From sequence record SRR20825010_2783: a DNA stretch of 43,418 nt; one strand, written 5' to 3'. Position 1 is the first letter of the stretch; each line of letters begins with the position of its first letter. Below the pieces are notes generated by a model, which saw nothing but the letters and a program-made list of their open reading frames with translations, did no database searches and was not told the DNA's origin. Below are positions 9,917-18,834 of this stretch, in pieces. Both the position numbers and the translations under genes were made by a program.

Positions 9917-11983
9917 GTGACCGGTTATCTTGTTGTCGCGTTGATCGACTTTGCAGTTTCGATCTACGTCCTGCGCGCTTCGCGCAGCAAGACAGCTGTA
10001 TCCTTCGCCCTTTTGTGGTTCTGTTTTGGCATATGGTCGCTCGACCTGTTCCTGGCTTCTTCCGTTCAGGACGCTGCTGCTTTGGCACCCTGGTTTCATG
10101 CTCTTCGCTTTGGCATGTTCTTCATCGCGCCGTGCATGATCGTTTTCTTCACCCAGATCACCCGGACACGCGCGACGCCAGCCATCAAAAGTATCATCGC
10201 AGCATCGGGGCTTACCAGCCTCTGGCTTTATGTCAGCAACCTTCTTCAACCCAGCATACTTACATCCACGGCTGAGGGCTTTGTCACAGCCCCTGACCTG
10301 ATCTCAAGTGTGCATGAGGCCAATTTTGTTGGCGCCAGCCTTTTCTGCCTTGTGCTGACGGGCAGCGCGCTCAAAAACGCCATCTTCCGCGAAAAGCAAC
10401 GCATGCGCTGGCTTATCGCCGCCATTGTCATTGGCACCACGCTGGGCGTTATTAGTTTTGGCTCATCCAAACTGTTTGGCATGGCTGGCAATGTGCTTGG
10501 TCTTTCAATCCTCGCGTACGCCCTCTTGCGCCACCATATGATCAGCGTTGGCACAGCGGTACACGCCGGGCTTGTTAAAGCCGTATCCCTGCTCGTTCTT
10601 GGCGCAGGGTATGCGCTGCTTGAACTTGGCATGGCCCAAACCGCGTTGACGACATATGAACTTGGCTTCCTTCGTGTCACAGCACTCTTTGGCATGCTGG
10701 AGGCTTATCCGCGCCTTGTGCTCGCGATATCCGGCCTTCGTGATCGTTATTTCCAGCAACCCGGCTACAATTATGACTACACAACCACATGGATGCTGAA
10801 GGGCTTGAAGAATTGCTCGTCGCTGAGCGGACTCCGTGATCTCTGCGATGAGGCTATGCTCAAACTTATCAAGGTTGAAGATTATCACATCGATCTGAAC
10901 GCCACCCGGTTTGGCGGGCCCGAGCAGAGCGGCTGGCTGCGCATTGAAACGGGAGCGACTGGCGGGGTGACCTCACTTCTCCCGCCCCCCAAAAACAACC
11001 AGGCACTTCTCAGCAGCCTTTCTGACCATCAGGGCATTGCCTTCTATGATGAAGCGCCCGAGGAAAGCAAAGACGGCTTCACCAAGGCTCGCGCGAGTGC
11101 TTGTGTTCCTATCCTGCTGCACGGCGACATCGCTGGTTTCATAACGCTGGGTCGCCCCCTGAAAGCAGCGCAGTTCACCGTTGATGACATTCGGCTGCTG
11201 GAATGGATCTCATCTGAGATCGGCCCGGCGCTTGAGCGGCTGACCGCGCTTGATGCGCTGGAAAACAGCATGAATGAAGCCGAGAAAACGCTCACCGTTG
11301 TGTCTCGCCTCAACGAATATAATCACGATGTTAAAACACCGTTTTCAAACATTGAGGCACTTCTGCTGGCGGGCGATGCCTTCTCACCAGAAGAGCAACA
11401 GGCCAAAATCCTTGAGCAGGTGAAAAAGGGGCATGCGCTTGTGTCCACAATGGCGCGCATGCTCAAAGGTCAGCACAAAAAGACATTCAGCCGTTTCAAC
11501 CTCAATGAGACGATCACTGATGTTGTTTCCAGCTTCCCCACCCACGCCGGGCTCGTCACACTTGAATTGAATGAGGTACCACCGTTTGATGGTTACGAGG
11601 AAGAGGTCGGCATTCTGTTCTCCAACATCCTTTCCAACGCCTTTCGCGCTTTGAACAAAGCGAAGTCCAGCGTTGTGGTCTCTACATCCTTTGATCAAGA
11701 CCGTGACATGATTGTCTGCACTATCAAGGATAACGGCGCGGGCATGAGCGAGGAACGCCTCGCAACCCTTTGGGACCGGTCTGAAACGGGCTACCGCGCC
11801 CAAGGCGGCTCCGGTATCGGCATGGGTGTTATCAAACGCATTGTATCCGAGCATGGCGGCTCGATCACGGCCGCGAGCCAGTTGGGTTCAGGCACAGAGT
11901 TCCACCTTTCCCTGCCCGCAGCCAAACGCATGAAACCACGCGACGCAGGTGTTACTGGCCTTCGCGCCGTTGGCGGGAACTGA
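9917..11983 (+). CDS. Membrane sensor histidine kinase (N-terminal 7TM-type region, GAF-like domain, HisKA, HATPase; PrsK-like architecture)
   Basis: About 8 TM segments; GAF-like CVPILLHGDIAGFITLG..FTVDDIRLL; H-box HDVKTPF; N-box NILSNA; G1 DNGAGM; G2 GSGIGM. Confidence 0.9.
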   Translation: MTGYLVVALIDFAVSIYVLRASRSKTAVSFALLWFCFGIWSLDLFLASSVQDAAALAPWFHALRFGMFFIAPCMIVFFTQITRTRATPAIKSIIAASGLTSLWLYVSNLLQPSILTSTAEGFVTAPDLISSVHEANFVGASLFCLVLTGSALKNAIFREKQRMRWLIAAIVIGTTLGVISFGSSKLFGMAGNVLGLSILAYALLRHHMISVGTAVHAGLVKAVSLLVLGAGYALLELGMAQTALTTYELGFLRVTALFGMLEAYPRLVLAISGLRDRYFQQPGYNYDYTTTWMLKGLKNCSSLSGLRDLCDEAMLKLIKVEDYHIDLNATRFGGPEQSGWLRIETGATGGVTSLLPPPKNNQALLSSLSDHQGIAFYDEAPEESKDGFTKARASACVPILLHGDIAGFITLGRPLKAAQFTVDDIRLLEWISSEIGPALERLTALDALENSMNEAEKTLTVVSRLNEYNHDVKTPFSNIEALLLAGDAFSPEEQQAKILEQVKKGHALVSTMARMLKGQHKKTFSRFNLNETITDVVSSFPTHAGLVTLELNEVPPFDGYEEEVGILFSNILSNAFRALNKAKSSVVVSTSFDQDRDMIVCTIKDNGAGMSEERLATLWDRSETGYRAQGGSGIGMGVIKRIVSEHGGSITAASQLGSGTEFHLSLPAAKRMKPRDAGVTGLRAVGGN

Positions 11984-12599
11984 CCCCTTCAAACACAGCT
12001 GCAAGTTTTTCAACCGTCAGCGGCTTGGCGAAATAGTCCTGCATGCCAGATTCAAGGCACTCCACCCTGACCAAGCTTCCACGCGGGTCATTTGACATTC
12101 CGATCAGGTAGGGAATTTGGCCGGCCTTCTCGCTCAGTTGCCGCGCAGCCTCTAACCCGTTCAATATGGGTGTATTCCGATCGAGAAAAACGAGGTCGAA
12201 ACTCTCCTCGGCGCAGCGTTCAAGTGCCTCGGCCCCGTTGGCGCATACCACAACCGTGCAGCCACTTTGCACCAGCATACGGCGCCCTATGTCCTGATGC
12301 AGTTCATCATCATCCACATAAAGCACTCGATAGGCGGCCTGCGGTTCAGCCGCCACAGTGTCCACAGCCCCATCCGCTGAGGGCTCTATCTGTCGCCAGA
12401 AAGCATCCAGTCTTTCATTTAACCGGTCGACCTGTTTCTCAATCTCGCGCGCAGGTGACGCTTTGACATTAATATCATCAAGCAGAACCGCGAGTGTGCG
12501 AATAGTCAGGAGCGGTGTACGCAAATCATGCAACAGCGCCGCAGCCTCTTTCACAAGCGCTTCACCGTCAACCGTCCCAACTGCAACTTTCTTGCTCAT
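11952..12599 (-). CDS. Response regulator receiver fused to an N-terminal DHp (HisKA) helix pair, lacking an ATPase domain
   Basis: LLHDLRTPL H-box, then REC domain VLYVDDD..FDLVFLD..P..NG..GMS..FAKP. Confidence 0.85.
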   Translation of the reverse strand: MSKKVAVGTVDGEALVKEAAALLHDLRTPLLTIRTLAVLLDDINVKASPAREIEKQVDRLNERLDAFWRQIEPSADGAVDTVAAEPQAAYRVLYVDDDELHQDIGRRMLVQSGCTVVVCANGAEALERCAEESFDLVFLDRNTPILNGLEAARQLSEKAGQIPYLIGMSNDPRGSLVRVECLESGMQDYFAKPLTVEKLAAVFEGVSSRQRREGQ

Positions 12600-12676
12600 G
12601 TATATCCCCCGGCGCGATAGCCCTCATCCATAGGGCTCAGGGCACAAAGCGTCAACTTTCCCAAAATTCCCAAAAC

Positions 12677-12741
12677 TTAGGCAACTACCTAAATATATGT
12701 TGCCGGGTGCATCCCGCCATGATACTTAGGCGCATGACTAA
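12677..12741. promoter_or_regulatory. Two putative ArsR autoregulatory inverted repeats
   Basis: TTAGG-CAACTA-CCTAA (12677-12692) and TTAGG-CGCATG-ACTAA (12726-12741, spanning the ATG); both begin ACTTAGGC. Confidence 0.6.
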
Positions 12742-13099
12742 CAATAATGCAGCCCTTGATCTCGTTTTCCATGCCCTGTCAGACAAAACAAGGCGCGCGG
12801 TGATCAAACAATTATCAAACGGCCCGATCACGGTCAGCGAGCTGGCAGCGCCATTCGGCATGGCGTTGCCGTCTTTTATGCAACACCTCAAGGTACTGGA
12901 ACGCTGTGGCCTTATCAGGTCTACAAAAATCGGCAGGACCCGCACATGCGAACTTGAACCCAGCACACTCGCTCCAGCCGAAGATTGGCTCGTCGGCCAA
13001 CGCGCGCTGTGGACCGAGCGGCTTGATAGGTTAGACACCTATCTGGTCAAGCTTCAGGAGGAGGAAAACGGAAAGGGCTCGAGCCAAACTAAAGCTTAG
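12734..13099 (+). CDS. ArsR/SmtB-family transcriptional regulator
   Basis: LDLVFHALSDKTRR..TVSELA..MQHLKVLE..GRTRTC; start taken at ATG 12734 because the upstream extension looks non-coding. Confidence 0.92.
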   Translation: MTNNNAALDLVFHALSDKTRRAVIKQLSNGPITVSELAAPFGMALPSFMQHLKVLERCGLIRSTKIGRTRTCELEPSTLAPAEDWLVGQRALWTERLDRLDTYLVKLQEEENGKGSSQTKA

Positions 13100-13272
13100 A
13101 AGCTATTACCTATTCCTGCTCGAAATACGCAAAAGCGTGACATTTATCAGACAGTTTTGAGCAATGTAATATGAACGCCAAACGAGAGTGCCAAAACAAC
13201 TTGCCAGAGAAGAACGAATAGAGAACTTTTGGGCGCCCAAGGCATAAAAACAAGACACGACAGAGACAAACC

Positions 13273-16200
13273 ATGAAATTAACTCGCCAAAGCCTTAACA
13301 ATCCGGCGGCCGTTGCCATTGTATCTGCAGTTGTAATGCTGCTGGGTATCATGTCGGTCGTGAATATGCCTGCGCAACTGCTGCCGCAGATCCAGAAACC
13401 AATCATTTCTGTGGTAAACTCATGGCCTGGTGCATCGCCCGCTGAGATGGAATCGGAAATCGCGGTTCCAGTTGAGGAAGTGCTGCAAGGCACCCCCGGC
13501 ATGACTGAGATGGTTTCCTGGAATATGGCCAACTTTGGCTTCATGCAGCTTGAGTTCGCGCTTGATACAGATATGACGACGGCGCTCATCGAGGTTATCA
13601 GCCGCCTCAACCGCTTGCGCCCTCTGCCCGCCAGCGCGGAAAAACCGCAAATTTTCATGGGTGAATGGGGCGACGCCAACGATACGCTGATCGACTATTA
13701 TATCCAGATGGAAGACCTGAACCCTGAGCAGGTATCCAAGAACCGTCGTTATATCCGTGACGTGATCGTGCCCGAGATGCAGTCACTTTACGGTGTGTCG
13801 CGCATCGAGTTCGATGACGGCAGCGGCGGCACGGGTGAGCAGCTCCAGATCATCTTCGACCCCTACCGCGCTGCGGAGCTTGGCATCGACATTGCGAAGG
13901 TCCCGGCCCGTGTTGGCCGGTCGGTTGATATCTCAAGCGGCTTTGTAGATGTGGGCCGCAAACAATATACCGTGCGCCTTGAGGGCCGCTATGACGCTGA
14001 CGAACTTGCCGACCTTATCCTCGAGTGGCGCAACGGCCTGCCCGTGCGCCTTGGGGACCTCGCCACCGTCAAGATTGATATTGGCCGTGCCGACGGTTTC
14101 ATCTACCAGAACGGCAACCCATCCTTCCGCATGGGTATCTCGAAGAACAACGACGCTAACGTGCTTGAGGCCCTTGAAGGCGTGAAAGCGAAGATGGACC
14201 AGCTGAACGCTGGCCCGTTTGCCGAGCGTGGGCTGAAGGCGCAATTCTCATTTGACCCAAGCGTTTACATCAACCGGTCTATCAGCCTCCTGTCCGGCAA
14301 CCTTGTTATCGGCATGCTGCTTGCTGTTTTTGCGCTCTGGCTGTTCCTGCGCCAGTGGCGTGCGACCATGTTGATCGCCCTTGCGATCCCCGTGTCTCTT
14401 CTCACCACCTTCCTTGTGTTGCAGATGACAGGCCGCACGCTCAACGTTATCTCGCTTGCCGGTCTCGCGTTTGCGAGCGGCATGGTGCTTGATGCCGCCA
14501 TCGTGGTGCTCGAGAATATCGTTCGGTTACGCGAGAAGGGTGAACGTCCGCTTGACGCCAGTGACAAAGGTGCCACGCAGGTCTGGGGCGCGCTTCTCGC
14601 GTCCACCGCCACGACCGTTGCCATCTTTATCCCGATCATGTTTCTCCAGGGTGCAGTGGGGCAGATGTTCGCCGATCTTGCGCTTACCATCGCGATCGGT
14701 GTGAGCGTATCGCTCTTTGTCGCGGTCACGATCCTGCCAACAACTGCACGTTTCTGGATGCGACAGCTACCGGAGCCAGAGCAAGGCATTACAGTATGGG
14801 ACCGTCTCACCGATCGCTTGATGGCTCTGACCAATACGCACGTGAAACGGCTGCTTTGGGTTGGTTGTCTCATCAGCATTTCCCTGACCCTTATTTTTGT
14901 ACTGCGTCCGCCCTTCAACTTCATGCCTTCCATGAAGCGGGACACGGTGGACAGCTTCCTCTTCTTCCCGCCCGGCACCAATGTGGAAACGGCAGATAAA
15001 GAGATCGCGCAGGTGATCGACGCCCGCATCCAGCCATATTTGAAGGGTGAGAAGGAGCCGAAGATCAGCGACTATTTCTTCTGGTCTTTCCCCGGCGCAA
15101 CCGGCGGCTGGCTGGCGCTCAACGGTGAAGACGGGTCCCGGCTTGAAGAGCTGCAAAATGTGGTGCAAACCGAGATTATCTCCGGCATCCCGGATATGTT
15201 TGGCTTCACCATGCGCCGCAGCCTCTTTGGTGGCTTCGATGACAGCAACAGCGTGGAAATGCGCCTGATGTCCCCTGACCTTGACGCGGTGAAAAATGCC
15301 GCCATGGCGGGCATGGGCATCGTGATGGGCAGCATTCCCGGCGCAAATGCAAACCCGATGCCTGACCCGTTCGCAGAGGCAACCGAGTTGAGGTTCGAGC
15401 CAAACGACGAACGCCTCGCGGAAGTGGGCTGGACTCGTGATGACCTCACCATGGTGGTGCTGGAACTTGGGCAGGGAGCATGGCTTGGTGAATATTTTGA
15501 CGGCACCTCGCGGCTGGATATCTACCTGAAGTCAGAACGTTTCAAGACGCCGGAACAGATGGCGGACCTGCCAGTGATGACACCTAAAGGCGGGCTCGTG
15601 CCGCTGGGTGAACTGGCGACCCTCAAGACAACACTGGGGCCCAACACCATCGCACGTTTCGATCGGGGCCGGGCCTATAGCCTGTCGGTCAACCCGCCGG
15701 AGGGCATGTCGCTTGAGGAACTGATTGCCACACTGAAATCTGACATAGAGCCGCAACTGATGGCCATGTTGCCCCAGGGCAGCACCATCACCTATGCGGG
15801 CAGCGCGGCAGACCTCGACGAAGGCGTGGCCGAACTGATCAACAACTTCCTTCTTGCGGCTGCGCTGCTGATTCTGATCATGGCCGGGCTTTTCAAGTCG
15901 CTTACTGATGCACTGCTTGTCGCTATTTCAATCCCGCTTGCGTGGGTTGGTGGTGTGCTTGCGATCAACCTGATGAACCTGATCAACTTCCAGCCGCTCG
16001 ACCTGCTCGGCATGATCGGTTTCATCATCTTGCTCGGTCTTGTGGTCAACAATGCCATCCTGCTTGTCGAACAGACACGCCGGGCGGAAAGCCGGGGCTT
16101 CAGCCGGGTTGATGCCGTGCGTCAGGCCCTGCGTCTGCGGCTCAGGCCAATTTTCATGAGTACGCTGACCAGCCTGTTCGGCATGGCGCCACTCCTTCTG

Positions 16201-16395
16201 TTCCCAGGGTCCGGTAGCGAAATTTACCGTGGCATGGCGGCGGCGATTGTTGGCGGCATGAGCGTTTCCACGCTTTTCACTCTTGTGCTGCTGCCGAGCT
16301 TGTTGCAACTGACGCCCGGCAAAAATGTGACAAGCGAAGGTGCGGATATGGATAGTGACGACAAGTTTGATAATCAGGCGAAAACGGCAAAATAG
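13273..16395 (+). CDS. RND efflux permease (AcrB/AcrD/AcrF family)
   Basis: 1040 aa; WPGASPAEME, GMVLDAAIVVLENI, RLRPIFMSTLT motifs; two large periplasmic loops. Confidence 0.95.
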   Translation: MKLTRQSLNNPAAVAIVSAVVMLLGIMSVVNMPAQLLPQIQKPIISVVNSWPGASPAEMESEIAVPVEEVLQGTPGMTEMVSWNMANFGFMQLEFALDTDMTTALIEVISRLNRLRPLPASAEKPQIFMGEWGDANDTLIDYYIQMEDLNPEQVSKNRRYIRDVIVPEMQSLYGVSRIEFDDGSGGTGEQLQIIFDPYRAAELGIDIAKVPARVGRSVDISSGFVDVGRKQYTVRLEGRYDADELADLILEWRNGLPVRLGDLATVKIDIGRADGFIYQNGNPSFRMGISKNNDANVLEALEGVKAKMDQLNAGPFAERGLKAQFSFDPSVYINRSISLLSGNLVIGMLLAVFALWLFLRQWRATMLIALAIPVSLLTTFLVLQMTGRTLNVISLAGLAFASGMVLDAAIVVLENIVRLREKGERPLDASDKGATQVWGALLASTATTVAIFIPIMFLQGAVGQMFADLALTIAIGVSVSLFVAVTILPTTARFWMRQLPEPEQGITVWDRLTDRLMALTNTHVKRLLWVGCLISISLTLIFVLRPPFNFMPSMKRDTVDSFLFFPPGTNVETADKEIAQVIDARIQPYLKGEKEPKISDYFFWSFPGATGGWLALNGEDGSRLEELQNVVQTEIISGIPDMFGFTMRRSLFGGFDDSNSVEMRLMSPDLDAVKNAAMAGMGIVMGSIPGANANPMPDPFAEATELRFEPNDERLAEVGWTRDDLTMVVLELGQGAWLGEYFDGTSRLDIYLKSERFKTPEQMADLPVMTPKGGLVPLGELATLKTTLGPNTIARFDRGRAYSLSVNPPEGMSLEELIATLKSDIEPQLMAMLPQGSTITYAGSAADLDEGVAELINNFLLAAALLILIMAGLFKSLTDALLVAISIPLAWVGGVLAINLMNLINFQPLDLLGMIGFIILLGLVVNNAILLVEQTRRAESRGFSRVDAVRQALRLRLRPIFMSTLTSLFGMAPLLLFPGSGSEIYRGMAAAIVGGMSVSTLFTLVLLPSLLQLTPGKNVTSEGADMDSDDKFDNQAKTAK

Positions 16396-16439
16396 CCGAG
16401 CGCACAGCATTTAAAAGACAGGATAGAAACGAGTTTACG

Positions 16440-17531
16440 ATGGCATTGAACATTTCTTTTCATAAAACCAGAACAGCGGGCGTGGCTTTTCTCCTCGCCC
16501 TCACCGCCCTTGCCCCTGCGCCCGCCATGGCACAGGACATGCCGCAAATGCCACCAGCGCAGGTAGAAGTGGCCATCGCCGAAAAGCGCATGATGGCGCC
16601 AGAAATGCTGGTGTCCGGCACCGTGATCAGCGTCAACGACAGCCGCATTGCGAGCGAGGTGGAAGGCCCGCTGGCATGGATTGCCCAGGTTGGTACGGCG
16701 GTAAAGGAAGGCGACGTGATCGCGCGGATCGACAGCAGGTTACTTTCTGTGGCAGCACGGCGCGCGGAAGCCAACCTCAAGCGACTGCAGGCCAACCTTG
16801 TCTTTCGCGAGCAGGATGTGAAGCGCTATGAGGAACTGGCAAAAAGCGATAACACTTCGCAAGCCAAACTGCAGGAAGTCACCGCCCAGCGCGATATGCT
16901 GGCGCAGGAGATCGCCGACGCTGAAGCGACACTTGACCGTGCAAAAGGCGACCTCGCCCGTGCGGAAATCCGCGCGCCCTTCCCCGGCCACGTCGTGCAG
17001 CGGCTTGCGAACAAGGGCGAATATGTCAGTATCGCCGATCAGATTGCCCGCCTTGTCGACAATGAACATATCGAGGTTGTAATCCCTGCCCCGATCTCGA
17101 TCACGCCTTTCCTGAAAGCAGGCGATGAGGTTGCGGTTCATGACGGGCGCACAAGCCGCATGTTGCCCATCCGCGCCGTTGTGCCTGTGGGAGACATGGT
17201 CTCGCGCATGGTGGAAGTCCGCCTTACATCAAAACCGGAATACTGGATGGTAGGCACCCCTGTGAAGGTGAGCCTACCCAAGGAAGAAGCACAGGAAGCC
17301 GTAGCCGTGCCGCGCGATGCGCTTGTGCTCAAGGGGGACACCCAGTTCATCTATAAGGTAGGTGCCGACAACAAGGCCGAGCAGATAACTGCAGACATTC
17401 AGGCGGCGATCGGGCTTTGGGTTTCCCTCAAGCAGGGGCTTGAGGAAGGCGACAAAGTTGTGATCAGGGGTGGTGAACGGCTAATGCCGGGCCAGGATGT
17501 CATGATCAAAAGCGACCCCCAAAGCCGCTAG
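16440..17531 (+). CDS. RND periplasmic adaptor (membrane fusion protein)
   Basis: IASEVEG..VKEGDVIARID lipoyl half, coiled coil, IRAPFPG, VPRDAL, GLEEGDKVVIRG. Confidence 0.94.
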   Translation: MALNISFHKTRTAGVAFLLALTALAPAPAMAQDMPQMPPAQVEVAIAEKRMMAPEMLVSGTVISVNDSRIASEVEGPLAWIAQVGTAVKEGDVIARIDSRLLSVAARRAEANLKRLQANLVFREQDVKRYEELAKSDNTSQAKLQEVTAQRDMLAQEIADAEATLDRAKGDLARAEIRAPFPGHVVQRLANKGEYVSIADQIARLVDNEHIEVVIPAPISITPFLKAGDEVAVHDGRTSRMLPIRAVVPVGDMVSRMVEVRLTSKPEYWMVGTPVKVSLPKEEAQEAVAVPRDALVLKGDTQFIYKVGADNKAEQITADIQAAIGLWVSLKQGLEEGDKVVIRGGERLMPGQDVMIKSDPQSR

Positions 17532-17574
17532 AAAAAGCCGAAACCTGCAATCCATATGGGCTTGAAGTGATGGG

Positions 17575-18600
17575 CTACTTCAGGCCCATATTCTTTTTGA
17601 TCTTGGCAACGTCCTCGCGCAATTCCTTGAGAAGGGCGAAGTTCAGGTTCATCGCCTCTGTCACCCCTGCCACGGTAACCGGATCATTCTGAAGTGGTTC
17701 CGCTCCCTGACGTTTGGGCACCGAGTTCCAGCCTGGCATCGCAAAGTCCTTCAGGAAGGTGTGTTTGATCCAGTGGTTCTCGGCTTTGAAATGCTCCATG
17801 ATTTCACGGCGCGTTTCATCATCCAACGGGTGGTTTTGCGAGCTTCCCCGCGTGACGTGAAGGCTTGAGATGAAATCAGTCAGCTCATGGTCTTGCGCAT
17901 TTTTGAAAAGATAAGGGCTTTCCTTAAGCGCATTGCGCAGCTCATCTGTGACCGATGTATCTTCCTCCGGAAGCACGGCTGGCATGGTGTGCTGCGCCCC
18001 AATCGCGTGCCAGAAATCCGGCACGATATGCCCGCCTTCCAGCACTTTTGGCCAGGCGAGCCGCACCCGCATGCTTGAAGCACCAAACACATCCATGTAA
18101 GCGCTCAGTGTATCACGGTAAATGCCCTTGGCGGATGCTGCCAGAGACTGGCCTACAAAAACACGCAAGCCCATGCCGGTTTTGAACAGGCCACGGCGCC
18201 ACGTCTCCACCAACCAGTCGTCCTGCCGGGCAAAATAATAGATCACCTTGCAGTCAAAATAGGCCTTGGCGGCCTTCATCATGCCTGCCATCCCATCGGC
18301 ATTCAGGCTATCTGCCGCGAGTATCACCGCTTTCAATTTCTGGGCTTCTGCCTTGGCGCTCAGCGCCTGAAACTCAGTGCTAAGATCAACCGTCCTGCCA
18401 GCATTCAAATCTTCAAGTTTGCCTGCAAGAAACGCATCCGGGAAAGTGACCGCATCTTTCCGGCCCACCAAAGCGATTGACGCAGAGCAGAGGCCGATAC
18501 CTTCCGCTGCCAGCGCTGCGTGGTTTTCAGCCAGCGCTTGCCGGACCAGGCCGCTGCCGCAGGCCTCAAGCCCAATGTATAAATACAAAGTGGTGGTCAT
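17575..18600 (-). CDS. Hypothetical protein with degenerate sulfotransferase-like P-loop fold
   Basis: LYLYIGLEACGSG resembles L.LHIG..KTGST; KVIYYFARQD resembles the Y.RRQD motif; GGAG RBS before ATG 18600. Confidence 0.6.
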   Translation of the reverse strand: MTTTLYLYIGLEACGSGLVRQALAENHAALAAEGIGLCSASIALVGRKDAVTFPDAFLAGKLEDLNAGRTVDLSTEFQALSAKAEAQKLKAVILAADSLNADGMAGMMKAAKAYFDCKVIYYFARQDDWLVETWRRGLFKTGMGLRVFVGQSLAASAKGIYRDTLSAYMDVFGASSMRVRLAWPKVLEGGHIVPDFWHAIGAQHTMPAVLPEEDTSVTDELRNALKESPYLFKNAQDHELTDFISSLHVTRGSSQNHPLDDETRREIMEHFKAENHWIKHTFLKDFAMPGWNSVPKRQGAEPLQNDPVTVAGVTEAMNLNFALLKELREDVAKIKKNMGLK

Positions 18601-18834
18601 ATATCGCTCCGGTCCGGCACCAGCGTGTTCGGCAACCGGTGCGTATCCGGACCATATAGCCCCGCCCAAGCCGGCAAGGCAATGACCTATTCATCGTGGC
18701 TTCATGTGCATCAGGTGAAACTTCGTGCCAACAGCATCTGGCTGCGTGACAATTCGGTGAAGGAAATGCTACACCAAGATGCATTCAGCAACCGCTTTGG
18801 AAAATCGCGCCAACAGAAGCGCAAGGCCTGCCAC

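Noticed and set aside
14470-14530. RND proton-relay deviation (LDAAI instead of VDDAI; NNAI instead of KNAI)
   Set aside because: Such variants are common in environmental RND subfamilies and are not evidence of pseudogenisation.
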